A stretch of 64,000 nucleotides of DNA from Planctomycetota bacterium (GCA_965248445.1 CBDFJG010000004.1:512001-576000); one strand, 5' to 3'. Numbered from the stretch's first letter, positions 9,410 to 19,920 are shown. Notes: generated by a model from the letters alone, not told the origin. Made by a program: numbers and translations.

Positions 9410-10435
9410 CTACACGCTGCGGGCGCAGCGGAAGCCGATGTCGTTGTCACGCGAGTGCGGCACGTTGCGCATGCGGTACGCACAGCGGAGCCGCGGCATC
9501 TCGTTGACCCACGGTCCTCCGCGGAGCACGCGGAGCTTGGGCGAGTCCTCGTAGCTGGAAGCGGTCCAGTCCCACACGTTCCCGGCCACGTCTCCCACGC
9601 CGTACACCGACACGGCTGACGGAAACGTGGCGACCGGCTCGGGTTGCGGCGGTCCATCGCGGGCGTCGCGGCAGCACGCCAACTCGGGGCTAGCGCTGTC
9701 GCCCCACGGGTATTGCCGTCCGTCCACGCCGCGCGCGGCCTTCTCTCGCTCCTCCTCGGTGGGGAGGCGCCACTCGCGACCTGTGACCTCGCTCTTCCAC
9801 GCGCAGTAGGCCACGGCGTCGTGCCACGACACGCCCATCACGGGAACGGCCGCGGCAAAGCCGTCGCCGCGCTGCGCGATCCAGCTGGAGCGTGCAGACT
9901 CGGCGATCAGGTCCTCGCGGACCTGTGGCCGTCCGAACTCGTCCCAGACCATGAGCGGCCCGTCGGCAGGGGTGCGCGGGATGCAGCCGTCAGCGGCCTC
10001 CCGGCCCCGCGTGGCGTCGAGCGCGACGACGAAGTCCGCATACTCCTGGAACGTCACGGGGAACCGCTGGATCGCGAAGTCCGCGAGTTGGACCTCGGTC
10101 TGTACGCCGCTCTCGCCGTACAGAAACGGGCCGGCGGGCACGTGGACGAAGCCATCGCCGATGTCCTCGCGCGTCAGCAGCCGCACCCGCGCGCGCCACG
10201 TACGATCCGCGTCGATCCGCACGGGGTAGCGCACGTCGCGCAGCCCGGCATGCCGCAGGACGCACAGGTACGATCCGGCCGGCAGACTCACCGCAGCGGT
10301 CGGGGTCTCACCGAGCGAGCGGGGCGTGCCGAGAGCGAGGACGCCGTCGCGCTCCTCGAATGTGTGCAGGAGCACATCGGCACACGCCGGATGGGAAGCC
10401 AGCTTGAGGGTACCGGTGTCGACTGCGAGGCTCAT
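9410..10435 (-). CDS. FGE-sulfatase (SUMF1) domain protein with PEGA-like N-terminus
   Basis: VMGVSWHDAVAYC...WRLPTEEEREKAARG...YPWG, GNVWDW, RVLRGG, GFRCAR. Confidence 0.88.
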   Translation of the reverse strand: MSLAVDTGTLKLASHPACADVLLHTFEERDGVLALGTPRSLGETPTAAVSLPAGSYLCVLRHAGLRDVRYPVRIDADRTWRARVRLLTREDIGDGFVHVPAGPFLYGESGVQTEVQLADFAIQRFPVTFQEYADFVVALDATRGREAADGCIPRTPADGPLMVWDEFGRPQVREDLIAESARSSWIAQRGDGFAAAVPVMGVSWHDAVAYCAWKSEVTGREWRLPTEEEREKAARGVDGRQYPWGDSASPELACCRDARDGPPQPEPVATFPSAVSVYGVGDVAGNVWDWTASSYEDSPKLRVLRGGPWVNEMPRLRCAYRMRNVPHSRDNDIGFRCARSV

Positions 10436-10458
10436 GACGCGGTAAGACTAGCCCGGGG

Positions 10459-11634
10459 TCACCACACCGGCGCTTGCGGACCACGGGATCCGGCGCGACC
10501 GATCATCCGGGCGAAGAACCGGCGCAACGTACGCCAGACGGGACGCGACGCGGACTGGTCGGCGGCGTCCTCACGTGCCTTGGGCGACTCTTGCACGACG
10601 GCGGCCCTCGTCGACGTGACCGTCGTCCGAGTCCGCGCCGTCATGAGTCGGCGTGAGGCTGCGGCACGTGCCCGCTCTGTCAGGTAGTCCAGGGCCTCGT
10701 CTACGCGCTCGAACTGCCCGGACGCGAGCCGGCGCACAGCTTCAGCGACCGGCACCGACACCCGCGCGCTCGCGAGTGCGCCCTCGTCGATCGGCTCGCC
10801 TGCGCGGGGCACGTTCCCGGTTGCAATCTCGTACAGCGTGCGACCGCACATGATCGCCTGGATCGCGGCATCCGGCTGCACCGGTTCTCCCCGGTCGAGC
10901 GCGTCGAGCACCGCGGGTGGTAGGTACGACGGCACGTGCGGGAAGCGTCCGCTCCCGTCGTGCACGGGCACGAGGCTACCGGCGTCGAGCAGCCTGACGT
11001 GGCGCCTCGGCTGCGGAAGCATGCGCAGGTTGGCGGGGCGCAGGTCCGCGTAGACGAGGCCGCGGTCCAGCAGATCCACGAGCGCGCGCAGCAGTCCCAC
11101 AGCGAGGCGGTCCAGGGCCGGGCGCAGCACGCGCAGGGGCACCTGCGATCGGTGTGCTCGCGCAAGCCAGCGATCGAGGTCCTGGCCGGGCAACTTCTCC
11201 ATCACGACGACGGGGTCGAGTTCCGCGAAGGCACCGCCCCGCGCGGAGTCGATGAGCGGGTTCTGGAAGTCGTAGGTCCCGACGTGCTTCGGAAGGCTCG
11301 GCGCTCCGGAGTGCGCGAGGTACCGCGCCTCGAGCGCGATGATGCGGCGCCGCTCGACGATTCTCGACTGTGTCATGTTGAACGGCTCGTGAAACGGCAT
11401 GAGCGGGACTTTCGCGACGTGCTGTATCTCCTGCGGGTGGATCCTGTCGGTCACGACGAATACGGCGCCCTCGGCCCCGATGTCGTAGAGCGAATCGCAA
11501 CGGTAGCGACTCCCGAAGACCACACCCTTCAGCTCGAGCAGCGCGTCGACGAGGCCTTCGTCTCCACGCGCCGCGACGCGTTGCGCAAGGCGTCTCTCGC
11601 GCAGCGTCATCTCCCTCTGCACGCGAGAACTCAA
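10459..11634 (-). CDS. Divergent protein kinase-like protein
   Basis: IGAEGAV loop, VAK lysine, YADLRPAN catalytic loop, LLDAG; overlaps the vWA gene stop. Confidence 0.7.
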   Translation of the reverse strand: MSSRVQREMTLRERRLAQRVAARGDEGLVDALLELKGVVFGSRYRCDSLYDIGAEGAVFVVTDRIHPQEIQHVAKVPLMPFHEPFNMTQSRIVERRRIIALEARYLAHSGAPSLPKHVGTYDFQNPLIDSARGGAFAELDPVVVMEKLPGQDLDRWLARAHRSQVPLRVLRPALDRLAVGLLRALVDLLDRGLVYADLRPANLRMLPQPRRHVRLLDAGSLVPVHDGSGRFPHVPSYLPPAVLDALDRGEPVQPDAAIQAIMCGRTLYEIATGNVPRAGEPIDEGALASARVSVPVAEAVRRLASGQFERVDEALDYLTERARAAASRRLMTARTRTTVTSTRAAVVQESPKAREDAADQSASRPVWRTLRRFFARMIGRAGSRGPQAPVW

Positions 11635-12968
11635 GATGCGGGCACCGCTTGACGACCACTGCCGGCCGTAGCGGTGTGTGCAGCGAGAGCCTTGCGCTCG
11701 CTGCGACTGAGCGCGTCGAGGCTGCCCGTCGTCTCGAGCTGGTGCATGGCGTTCTCGATCACGCCGATCAAGAACGGGTCGCGCCGCTCGCGCGTGTAGA
11801 TCTCATGCCGCGCGCCGAGCGCTCGCAGCATCGCTTCGGGGTCGTCGCCACCCTCGGCGGCGAGGATGTAGCGCGCCTGCTGGACCAGCGGGTCGGGTTC
11901 AAGGGTCAGCTCGCCCGCGTGGCGTGGGATGAACAACTTCGTCTCGAACGACACCGGCTCCCCCCACCCGGGGACTCGGAGGCGCACGGTGGCGACGTGG
12001 GTCGTTGGGGTCTCGGTGGCGGGAAGCCGGAGTTCGAACAGCAGCGAGTAGTCGCGGCCCGACTCCAGCGTGCCGAGATCAGCCACGAACACCCGACCGT
12101 GGCGGAACGCGCGCCTGCCGTAGTCGTGGCGCCCCGGACGGAACCTGTACGCCGCGCCCCCCACGACACCCGGCCCGAGCTCTACGTCCACGACCGCGCG
12201 CTTCGCGACGACGGTGCCGACGACCTCGGCGACACGGTCCCAGGCCTGCACGAGCGTCTCCGGACGCACGTGCTTCACCGTCCCGCCGCGGGCGCCGCAG
12301 AAGAGCCGTTTCAACATCTCGACGTCCGCGTCATCGCCGAGCGCGAACACGTCCGCGTCCACCGGGAGGCGACTGAGGAGCTCCATCTGCTTGACAGCTC
12401 GCGGCTCGTCCTGCGGCCGACCGTCGGTCAGGAAGTAGATCCGCTGCGGGAGCGCGCGGTCGAATCGATGGCTGTCGTACGCCAGACGCCCTGCGCGGCC
12501 GATGGCGCCGGCGAGATCGGTGTAGTCGCCGAAGAGGAGATCGCAGCCGTCGAGCGCGCCGAGCAGGCCGTCGCGATCGAGCGTCGCAGCCGGCGCGTAG
12601 CGGAACAGCGTCTGCGATCCGTGCGCGAACGCGACGACGGAGAGGAGCACTTCGGCATCCAAGCCCTGCAGCTTCGTGAGCATGTCGCCGAGCGCCTGGC
12701 GCAGCACCGGGAACTTGTCCGGGCGATTCATGCTCCCGGACACGTCGAGCGCCAGGACGACATGCGCGGAGGGCCCGTCGCGCTCCTTCCACAACGGCAG
12801 TCCTTCGGGCGTGAACGAGACCAGGACGCCCAGCGAGGGATCGCCGTCGGCGGGAGCCGACGACCATTCGTAGCTCGGCTCGATCCGGACGAACAGATCG
12901 GGGGCCTCGTCGTCGTCCTCGAGCGACAGGAACTCGTCGTCGTCTTCGAATCGGATGGGGTTGACCAT
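11631..12968 (-). CDS. von Willebrand factor A domain protein
   Basis: MIDAS motif DVSGSM and FLTDG; YfbK-like C-terminal region. Confidence 0.85.
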   Translation of the reverse strand: MVNPIRFEDDDEFLSLEDDDEAPDLFVRIEPSYEWSSAPADGDPSLGVLVSFTPEGLPLWKERDGPSAHVVLALDVSGSMNRPDKFPVLRQALGDMLTKLQGLDAEVLLSVVAFAHGSQTLFRYAPAATLDRDGLLGALDGCDLLFGDYTDLAGAIGRAGRLAYDSHRFDRALPQRIYFLTDGRPQDEPRAVKQMELLSRLPVDADVFALGDDADVEMLKRLFCGARGGTVKHVRPETLVQAWDRVAEVVGTVVAKRAVVDVELGPGVVGGAAYRFRPGRHDYGRRAFRHGRVFVADLGTLESGRDYSLLFELRLPATETPTTHVATVRLRVPGWGEPVSFETKLFIPRHAGELTLEPDPLVQQARYILAAEGGDDPEAMLRALGARHEIYTRERRDPFLIGVIENAMHQLETTGSLDALSRSERKALAAHTATAGSGRQAVPAS

Positions 12969-13284
12969 TGTTGCGTGCCCTCACTACGTGGACTGGGGTC
13001 CGGCCAAGGTGGGTTTTCTATCCCCAACGTATGGCTCCCACCGGGGGAGCACTTTTCGACCGACCGGCACCTGGACCGCGCCCTCTCCCTGGGCGAGGCG
13101 CGGCTGCGAGCCTAAGCCACCCCTTGACCCCGTTGCGAGCGCCGAGATCGGTGAATCTCGTCGCCGTGCGTAGATCGCGCGCCGGTCGAGCTCGAAGAGA
13201 CGCTCACGCAGCTCGAGGCGCTCGGCTACGCCAGCGGGCGCGTCCCGCAGGCTCGCAGCCTCTGATCTCAGTTACACTCGCGGT

Positions 13285-14322
13285 GTGGGGACTCTTCGCA
13301 TCGCCGCCTGCCTCCTCGTGCTCGGGTTGCCGATCGCGGCGCCGGCCGAGGATCATCCGTGTCCGGGCACCACGCCTCCCTCAGCGGACCGGGTCCGTTC
13401 GATCAAGGTCGCGTTGCAGCGCCGCATCCTCGAACTCGACGCGAACGGCGAATCGGCGTCGGCGCTCTCGCGCAAGCTCACGCGTGAGTACCACCGGATC
13501 CCCACAGATGGCAACGCTGCTGAACAGATCGCCGTTGCGCACAGAGTCGCCGGCAGTCGGGTGGTGCGCCGGGACGAGGCGCTGATCGGCGTCCTGGAGA
13601 ACGCGGCCGACGATCTGGTCCGCGACGTGAAGGACCGCACGGTCATGTTCGACGTGCACGTGCAAACCGCCGGTGTCGGCAAGATCCGTTCCTTCGAGCG
13701 CGAGCTCATCCGCATCGAACGACGCCTTCGACGCACGGAGAACGCGCGACGGCTGCGTTCGCGGCTGAAGCGGCTGCGGCGGACCGAGCAACGGCTCGCG
13801 TCGGCCGAGTACCAACTGCACCTGATGGCACCGGAGGTGGTCTGCCCGCAGTCGCCTGAACCCCTGCCCCCGGATCCGGATCCCGCACCGCCGCCGTGCA
13901 CCGGCGCGCCGTTCGCTGACAGCGACACCGCGACTCTGAACTTCATCAGCTTCGGAAGCGGATGGGGCTTGGACTTCGATTGCTTCGAGACGGAGTGGCT
14001 CGACCCGCTGGGAGACGAGGTCTCGCGGTTCGCGATCCGCCTGAAGGACATCGACACGGGACGCGTGGTTCGCATCGAGCTCGGGGATCCGACCGTCGGT
14101 GAGATCCCGTACACGGTCTACGGCCCCAGCTTCAAGTCGGATCTCTACTTCGTGTACGAGGGCGAGTTTCAAGAGGCCGGCCACTTCGCGAGCGCCGACG
14201 TCACGGCGTTCGACCCCGAGACAGGCCGCATCGCGCTGACGTACTACATCGCGCACGGGCACTGGATAATCAGTTCGGGCGCGATCGACATCGCCGACTT
14301 CCGGACCGGGCTACCCGAGTAG
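13285..14322 (+). CDS. Secreted hypothetical protein
   Basis: Signal peptide, helical N-terminal half, Pro linker, beta-rich C-terminal domain; normal codon usage. Confidence 0.6.
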   Translation: MGTLRIAACLLVLGLPIAAPAEDHPCPGTTPPSADRVRSIKVALQRRILELDANGESASALSRKLTREYHRIPTDGNAAEQIAVAHRVAGSRVVRRDEALIGVLENAADDLVRDVKDRTVMFDVHVQTAGVGKIRSFERELIRIERRLRRTENARRLRSRLKRLRRTEQRLASAEYQLHLMAPEVVCPQSPEPLPPDPDPAPPPCTGAPFADSDTATLNFISFGSGWGLDFDCFETEWLDPLGDEVSRFAIRLKDIDTGRVVRIELGDPTVGEIPYTVYGPSFKSDLYFVYEGEFQEAGHFASADVTAFDPETGRIALTYYIAHGHWIISSGAIDIADFRTGLPE

Positions 14323-14434
14323 CGCAGGCTGCCGTCGCTCAGCGACCGCGCAAGCTGGACACTGCCAACTACGTCAACTAACTCGCTGCGGCGCATGTGA
14401 CCGGACTCGGTGCCGGCGTGTCCTCTCGGGGACC

Positions 14435-14760
14435 ATGCCTCGTGGTCCTCGCCTCCAAGAAGTCGGTCTTCCTCTGCACGCGATCGCCCAGGGCATCCCA
14501 CGAACCTGGATCTTCGGCGACGACTACGACCGCACCGCGCTGGTGCTGCGGACAATCCGCGTGTTCGCCGAGATGGGAGTCGATGTGCTGGCCTGGGCGC
14601 GGATGGACAACCGCGTCCACCTCTTGCGGCGTGCAACCGAAGGGCAGATCAGCAAGGCAGTTCCGGGACCGGTTCTGGTCCCGTCCCACGAAGGACCAGG
14701 ACGACCTGCTCGGTCTCGTGGGCTACGTCATCCTGAACCCCCGTGGTCGAATCGTGGGTT
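14435..14760 (+). pseudogene. Degenerate REP-associated / IS200-like (Y1 HUH) transposase
   Basis: MPRGPRL...HAIAQGIPRTWIFGDDYDR...VLAWARMDNRVHLL (HUH eroded to RVH), continuing in another frame as QFRDRFWSR...LLGLVGYVILNP, matching the RAYT pattern GHLFQxRF.S...YIHLNP. Confidence 0.7.
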
Positions 14761-14812
14761 CGCTTCGGTACGACCGGTTGAGCCGGCGGCGGGTTCCTGC
14801 CACCCTGGAGCG

Positions 14813-15721
14813 ATGCATCGAACACACCTCTCCCTCCTCGCCGCTGCAGGATTGGCGGCGGCGACCCTGCTCTCCTGCGTGACGGTCGAGGATCGGCCGG
14901 AACCGGACCGCGCCGACGGCTGGAGTTTGCGCGTGCTGGGTGTCGCGCAGGACGGCGGCTTGCCACACCTGGGTTGCATCAAGGAGCACTGCGAGGCGGC
15001 GAGGCGGGGCGAGCGGCGCGCGGAACGGGTTACGTGCCTGGGTCTCACGGACGGCGAGCGCACCTACCTGTTCGACGCAACGCCCGACTTCCCCGCGCAG
15101 GTGCACGCGATGGGTGCGCGCAAGCCGGACGGAGTCTTCCTGACACACGCGCACATCGGCCACTACACGGGCCTCATCCACCTCGGCAAGGAGGTGCTCG
15201 GCGCGCGGGATGTGCCGGTGTTCTGCACACCGCGCATGGCGAGCTTTCTCTCAGGTAACGGTCCTTGGGACGCTCTCGTCCAGAACGGGCACATCGCGCT
15301 GCGTGACAACGAACGCGTGGACCTCGGAGGCGTTGTTGTCACGGCGTTCCAGGTGCCCCACCGAGCGGAGTACACCGACACGGTCGGCTACCGCATCGAG
15401 GGTCCGCGGCGCACGGCGCTCTTCCTGCCCGACATCGACCGGTGGAGCGACTGGGAGCGAGACATCCGCACCGTTGTCGAGGGCGTCGACCTAGCGTTCC
15501 TCGACGCGACGTTCTACTCCCTCGACGAGCTCCCGCACCGCGACATCGAGAAGGTGCGCCACCCGCTCGTCACCGAGAGCATGCAGCGCCTCACGGGCCT
15601 CGGAGACCGCGTGTTCTTCATCCACCTGAATCACAGCAATCCGGTCCTCGGGGACCCATCGCTGGTGGAGGACGACGGCTTCCACCTCGCGAGTGAGAGC
15701 GACGCAGCGTTCGACCTCTGA
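14813..15721 (+). CDS. Metallo-beta-lactamase fold protein (PqqB-like), probable lipoprotein
   Basis: LGVAQDGGLPHLGC, FLTHAHIGHYTG, VPHRAEYTDTVG, PDID, FIHLNHSNP; ATG 14813 after GGAG. Confidence 0.85.
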   Translation: MHRTHLSLLAAAGLAAATLLSCVTVEDRPEPDRADGWSLRVLGVAQDGGLPHLGCIKEHCEAARRGERRAERVTCLGLTDGERTYLFDATPDFPAQVHAMGARKPDGVFLTHAHIGHYTGLIHLGKEVLGARDVPVFCTPRMASFLSGNGPWDALVQNGHIALRDNERVDLGGVVVTAFQVPHRAEYTDTVGYRIEGPRRTALFLPDIDRWSDWERDIRTVVEGVDLAFLDATFYSLDELPHRDIEKVRHPLVTESMQRLTGLGDRVFFIHLNHSNPVLGDPSLVEDDGFHLASESDAAFDL

Positions 15722-15802
15722 GCCGTGCGCCGCACTTCCCCGCGGCAGACGCGGTGGGAGTACGCCCCGCGCAGACGGCTCCGTGCTGGCTATAGTGCGT
15801 CC

Positions 15803-18442
15803 GTGGGGCTTGCGAAGGGGCAGTCGATCTCCGGCTACACGATCCTCGGATCGTTGGGTGTCGGAGGCATGGGCGAGGTCTACCGCGCGCGGGACACGCG
15901 GCTCGGCCGCGAGGTGGCGATCAAGGTGCTCCCGTCCGACTGGCGGGCGGACGAGCAGCACGCGGCACGCTTCGAGCGCGAGGCGCGGACACTCGCGTCG
16001 CTCAACCACCCGAACGTCGCACAGGTGTACGCGTTCGAGGAAGTGGACGGTGTGCGGCTGCTGGTGCTCGAACTCGTCGAGGGCGAGGACCTGGCCGAGC
16101 GCATCGCCCGTGGACCGTTGTCGCTGCGCGAGACCGTGGAGCTGTGCACGCAGGTCGCGAAGGGTCTCGAGGCGGCGCACGAGCTGGGCGTCGTGCATCG
16201 CGACCTCAAGCCCGCGAACGTGCGCGTGACGCCCGGCGACCGCGCGAAAGTGCTCGACTTCGGACTCGCGAAGGCGACGACGACAGCCTACGACTCAGCG
16301 GAGGCCCGCACGCGCGCGCGTGGCAGTTCGTTCGAGACCCAGGACGGGACGCTCCTCGGCACGCCCGCGTACATGAGCCCCGAGCAGGTGCGCGCGCGGC
16401 GCGTGGATCGGCGCGCCGACATCTGGGCATTCGGGTGCGTGCTCTACGAGTGCTTGACCGGGAAGCCGCCGTTCGCGGCCGAGTCGCTGGCGGACACGCT
16501 GGCAGCGATCGTGAAGAGCGAGCCGGATCTGTCGAAGCTCCCGCGGGACACGCCGCAGCACCTGCGGACTCTCATCTCGCGCTGCCTCGACAAGGACTCC
16601 CGAACGCGCCTCCGCGACATCGGCGAGGCGCGTATCACCCTGTCGGGCGACATGCCCGAGACGCCGCTGCCCACGCCAACGGCTGCGGTGCCGCGCCGGA
16701 CCGCTGGTACCGGCGTGCTGCTGGTCGCGCTGGCCGCTGTGATCGGCGCAGTGATCATCGCGCGCGAGGCTCTCGCTCCGGGCGTGCCGACGAATCCGCT
16801 GGACGGCGCGAAGATCACGAAGATCACCGACTCCCGCTGGACGGAGTTCGCCGCGACGATCTCTCGGAAGGGCGACTTCGTGGCGTTCGCATCGGATCGC
16901 GACGGACCGTTCGACCTCTGGGTGCACCACATCGGTGAGTGGACCGACCGCAATCTCACGCAAGGGAGCAAGGAGACGTGGGGGTTGCGGGTCCAGGACC
17001 TCGTGTTCCATCCGGACGGGACGCGCGCCGTGATCACGGCCGCTATGACCCGGAGCCCCAGGTCCTTCTCCCTCATGAGCGACGATGAAAAGGAGATCTT
17101 CAGTGCGGGTGCGCACGAACAGCGCTGGTCACCCGACGGCTCACGGGTCGTCTACCACACACACGAAGACGGCGATCCGATGTACGTCGCCGACGCGGAC
17201 GGCTCGAATCCGATCGACCTCGTCACGCACGACTCCGGGCTGCATCAGCACTTCCCCATCTGGTCGCCAGATGGGAAGTGGATCTACATGGTGCGCGGGC
17301 GTCCAGCGACGCGCCAAATGGACCTCTGGCGCGTTCAACCCAGTGCGGGCGGCAAGCAAGAGCAACTCACATCCGACCAAGTCGGCGTCATGTTCCCCGC
17401 ACCCATCGACGAGACCACAGTGCTCTTCGTCGCCCACGACCCGAACGGTGCCGGCCCGTGGTTGTGGTCACTGGACGTTGAGAGCGGGTTTCCGCCGCAG
17501 CGCCTGCACTGGGGTGTGGAGCAGTACACGTCGCTCGCCGCGAGCAAGGACGGCCGCCGAGTCGTCGCAACCGTCGCTAACCGCCGCGCCAGCCTGTGGC
17601 GTGTACCGATCGCTGAGCCGGGGGCGACCGCGCGCGAGCGCGACATCGAGCGCGTGCAGGGCCTCGAGGCGGTGCCGGCTCTCGGGCCGCGCTTTGCCGG
17701 TGACAGCCTCTACTTCGTCTCGTCGCGCGGCACCGGGGATGGTCTTTGGTGTCGCCGCGGCCTCAGAGTGATCGAGGTTCTGGCGGGTGACGAGACCGCG
17801 GTGCTGGCCCCGCCGGCCGTCTCGCCGGACGGCGAGTCTCTCGCGGTCGTCCTGCGCACGAAGGGGCGCGTGCGTTTATGGCTCGTCGGCGCCGACGGTC
17901 AGCAGCCCGAAGCCCTATCTGACGAGACGAACGTCTACGGGTCGCCCGCGTGGTCGCCCGACGGGACGCAGATCGCAGTCGGCGGCGTCGACGCAAGCGG
18001 CCCCGGCCTGTTCGTGTTCCCGCGCGCAGGCGGTGCGCCGAAGCGGCTCGTGGACGGCTTCGCCAGTAACCCCGTGTGGTCGCCCACCGACGACTTGATC
18101 GTCTATCTCGGCAAGTCCCTGATGGCATTCCATCACCTGCGCGGCGTACGTCCTTCAGACGGCTCCCCATTCGACTTGCCGGAGATCAGGGTGATCGTGG
18201 CCGGAGAGCGCCACCGCTTCCTCCCCGACGGCAGCCGGCTCGTCTACATGAAGGGCTTCCAACTGGGTCTGGACTTCTGGCAGCTGGATCTCGCGACGAA
18301 GGAAGAGCACCGGCTGACACAACTCGACGCCCCCTCCGAGATGCAGTCGTTCGACATCGACCCGACCGGCGAGTACATCGTGTTCGATCGCATGGAGCAG
18401 AATTCGGACGTCGTGCTGATCGAGTTGCCCGAGCGCGACTAG
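15803..18442 (+). CDS. Membrane Ser/Thr kinase with TolB/PD40 beta-propeller
   Basis: GVGGMGEV, VAIK, HRDLKPAN, DFG, then a TM helix and WSPDG repeats. Confidence 0.92.
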   Translation: MGLAKGQSISGYTILGSLGVGGMGEVYRARDTRLGREVAIKVLPSDWRADEQHAARFEREARTLASLNHPNVAQVYAFEEVDGVRLLVLELVEGEDLAERIARGPLSLRETVELCTQVAKGLEAAHELGVVHRDLKPANVRVTPGDRAKVLDFGLAKATTTAYDSAEARTRARGSSFETQDGTLLGTPAYMSPEQVRARRVDRRADIWAFGCVLYECLTGKPPFAAESLADTLAAIVKSEPDLSKLPRDTPQHLRTLISRCLDKDSRTRLRDIGEARITLSGDMPETPLPTPTAAVPRRTAGTGVLLVALAAVIGAVIIAREALAPGVPTNPLDGAKITKITDSRWTEFAATISRKGDFVAFASDRDGPFDLWVHHIGEWTDRNLTQGSKETWGLRVQDLVFHPDGTRAVITAAMTRSPRSFSLMSDDEKEIFSAGAHEQRWSPDGSRVVYHTHEDGDPMYVADADGSNPIDLVTHDSGLHQHFPIWSPDGKWIYMVRGRPATRQMDLWRVQPSAGGKQEQLTSDQVGVMFPAPIDETTVLFVAHDPNGAGPWLWSLDVESGFPPQRLHWGVEQYTSLAASKDGRRVVATVANRRASLWRVPIAEPGATARERDIERVQGLEAVPALGPRFAGDSLYFVSSRGTGDGLWCRRGLRVIEVLAGDETAVLAPPAVSPDGESLAVVLRTKGRVRLWLVGADGQQPEALSDETNVYGSPAWSPDGTQIAVGGVDASGPGLFVFPRAGGAPKRLVDGFASNPVWSPTDDLIVYLGKSLMAFHHLRGVRPSDGSPFDLPEIRVIVAGERHRFLPDGSRLVYMKGFQLGLDFWQLDLATKEEHRLTQLDAPSEMQSFDIDPTGEYIVFDRMEQNSDVVLIELPERD

Positions 18443-18699
18443 CGCGGAGCGATCGTCCCGAGACGTCCGGCTCGAGGACCCACTCCGAGGTGCTGTGCGC
18501 GGTCGGGGGGCACTTCAATCGTCCTCGTCGAGGCCTTCGATCGTCACCGTCTCTCCGCGTAGCCGCACGAGCAGGGAACGACCCGGCTCGAAGCGAAGAG
18601 TCACTTCGACGCTCGCCGCTCCGCCGTTGATTCGCACGGTCCGCTCTGTGGCCTCGGCCTGACGGGCGTCGCCGACTTCCATGGAATAACGGATGTGCC

Positions 18700-18762
18700 T
18701 CAGACTCCGGCCACACGTCGTCCGTCGCGTTCAGGCTGCGCCGCGCGTACCTCGCTCCGCAA
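18700..18762 (+). repeat. Dispersed copy of the sequence preceding the arm repeat at 29563
   Basis: 18721-18759 equals 29524-29562 with 1 mismatch in 39 bp; weaker similarity extends about 20 bp to the left. Confidence 0.8.
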
Positions 18763-19002
18763 GCATCGCGCGGTGCGCGCGGCGGGATAACATGCCCTCG
18801 CGACTCTGACGGGTAGTGGGAAGCCTCGCGGGACCCGCGGACAAGGAGGGCATGTGGTCACCACGAAGCCGAGCGTCGAGCTCCATCTTGACGATTCCAT
18901 TCCGGCGGTCGTCGTGACGGCGGTCATCGACTGGCTCAGGGACCGCGGCGTGCTCTGCTGTGCGGAACAGAGCAATGCCCACGGCCGTAGGAGCGGAGGA
19001 TC

Positions 19003-19920
19003 ATGCCGGTAGTCTTCGGACAGGGCATGCGACGCAGCGGGACCACGATCTTGTTCGACCTGTTCTGGGGCGACGGGCGTTGGACATGCTGGTACGAGCC
19101 GCTCAATCGCCCCACGGCCAAGAAGGGCGGCGGCTCCCGAGCACGCGACGAGGACTACTCCGCCGCGGTGCGCGAACTGCAGGACCGACTGGTGGGCGAG
19201 ATCGACGGGCTCGACGACCCCCAAGCGTTCAACTGGGGCGCTCCCGACCACGCAGAGAAGGAACTGGTTGCCGGTTGGCCACCCCACGTCGCCCGCTACG
19301 TCCGCACAATGGCACAGAGTTCACACGACGTGTTCGTGAAGTTCACACGGGCGTCCCACAAGGCCCCGCTCCTGGCCGAGGCAAGCCCCGGCTCGTACTT
19401 CGTACACTTGGTCCGCGACCCGCGGTCGCTGGCGACCTCGCACCTCTTCCGCAGCCACCCCAAGTTCAAGGAGCGCATCCTCGCTGAGGGCTGCTTCTTC
19501 ACCATGACGACGGATTTCAACCAGTGGAAGACCGAGGTGATGGCCGAGCACCTCGTTCGGACGCGTCCCGAGTACGCGCACCTGGCGGACGAGCCGGCCC
19601 ACGTGAAGATCATGCTCGTCTGGAAGGAGCTCTACACCCGCACGCGCGACGACGCGCTGCAGCACTTCGCGGGGCGCACAGCGGTGGTCTGGCACGACGA
19701 TCTCTGCATCGACCCGTGGAGCACCCTGAAGGGCATCTACGCCACCTGGGGGTGGAAACCTCGCATCCGTCAACGGTGGTGGGCTCGCAAAAACATCCGT
19801 CCGGCACGGCCCTGGCACGAACCCGAAAACCCCGCTTGGACGCGGGCGATGGACCTGCTCGAGCTCGGCCCACTGGTTGAGGAGATCCGTGCGGCGTCGG
19901 CCCTGCGGATCGGTGCCTGA
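19003..19920 (+). CDS. Sulfotransferase family protein
   Basis: 5'-PSB GMRRSGTT; YEP; 3'-PB HLVRDPRS. Confidence 0.85.
   Translation: MPVVFGQGMRRSGTTILFDLFWGDGRWTCWYEPLNRPTAKKGGGSRARDEDYSAAVRELQDRLVGEIDGLDDPQAFNWGAPDHAEKELVAGWPPHVARYVRTMAQSSHDVFVKFTRASHKAPLLAEASPGSYFVHLVRDPRSLATSHLFRSHPKFKERILAEGCFFTMTTDFNQWKTEVMAEHLVRTRPEYAHLADEPAHVKIMLVWKELYTRTRDDALQHFAGRTAVVWHDDLCIDPWSTLKGIYATWGWKPRIRQRWWARKNIRPARPWHEPENPAWTRAMDLLELGPLVEEIRAASALRIGA

Noticed and set aside
14435..15721. 428-aa transposase-MBL fusion ORF
   Set aside because: The MBL part has its own RBS, ATG and signal peptide at 14813; the upstream part is a frameshifted relic.
18464..18490. Sixth degenerate core (TCCGGCTCGAGG...ACTCCGAG)
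   Set aside because: Only about 12 GC-rich bases match, the reading frame is not preserved and no arm lies at the expected spacing; could be chance.
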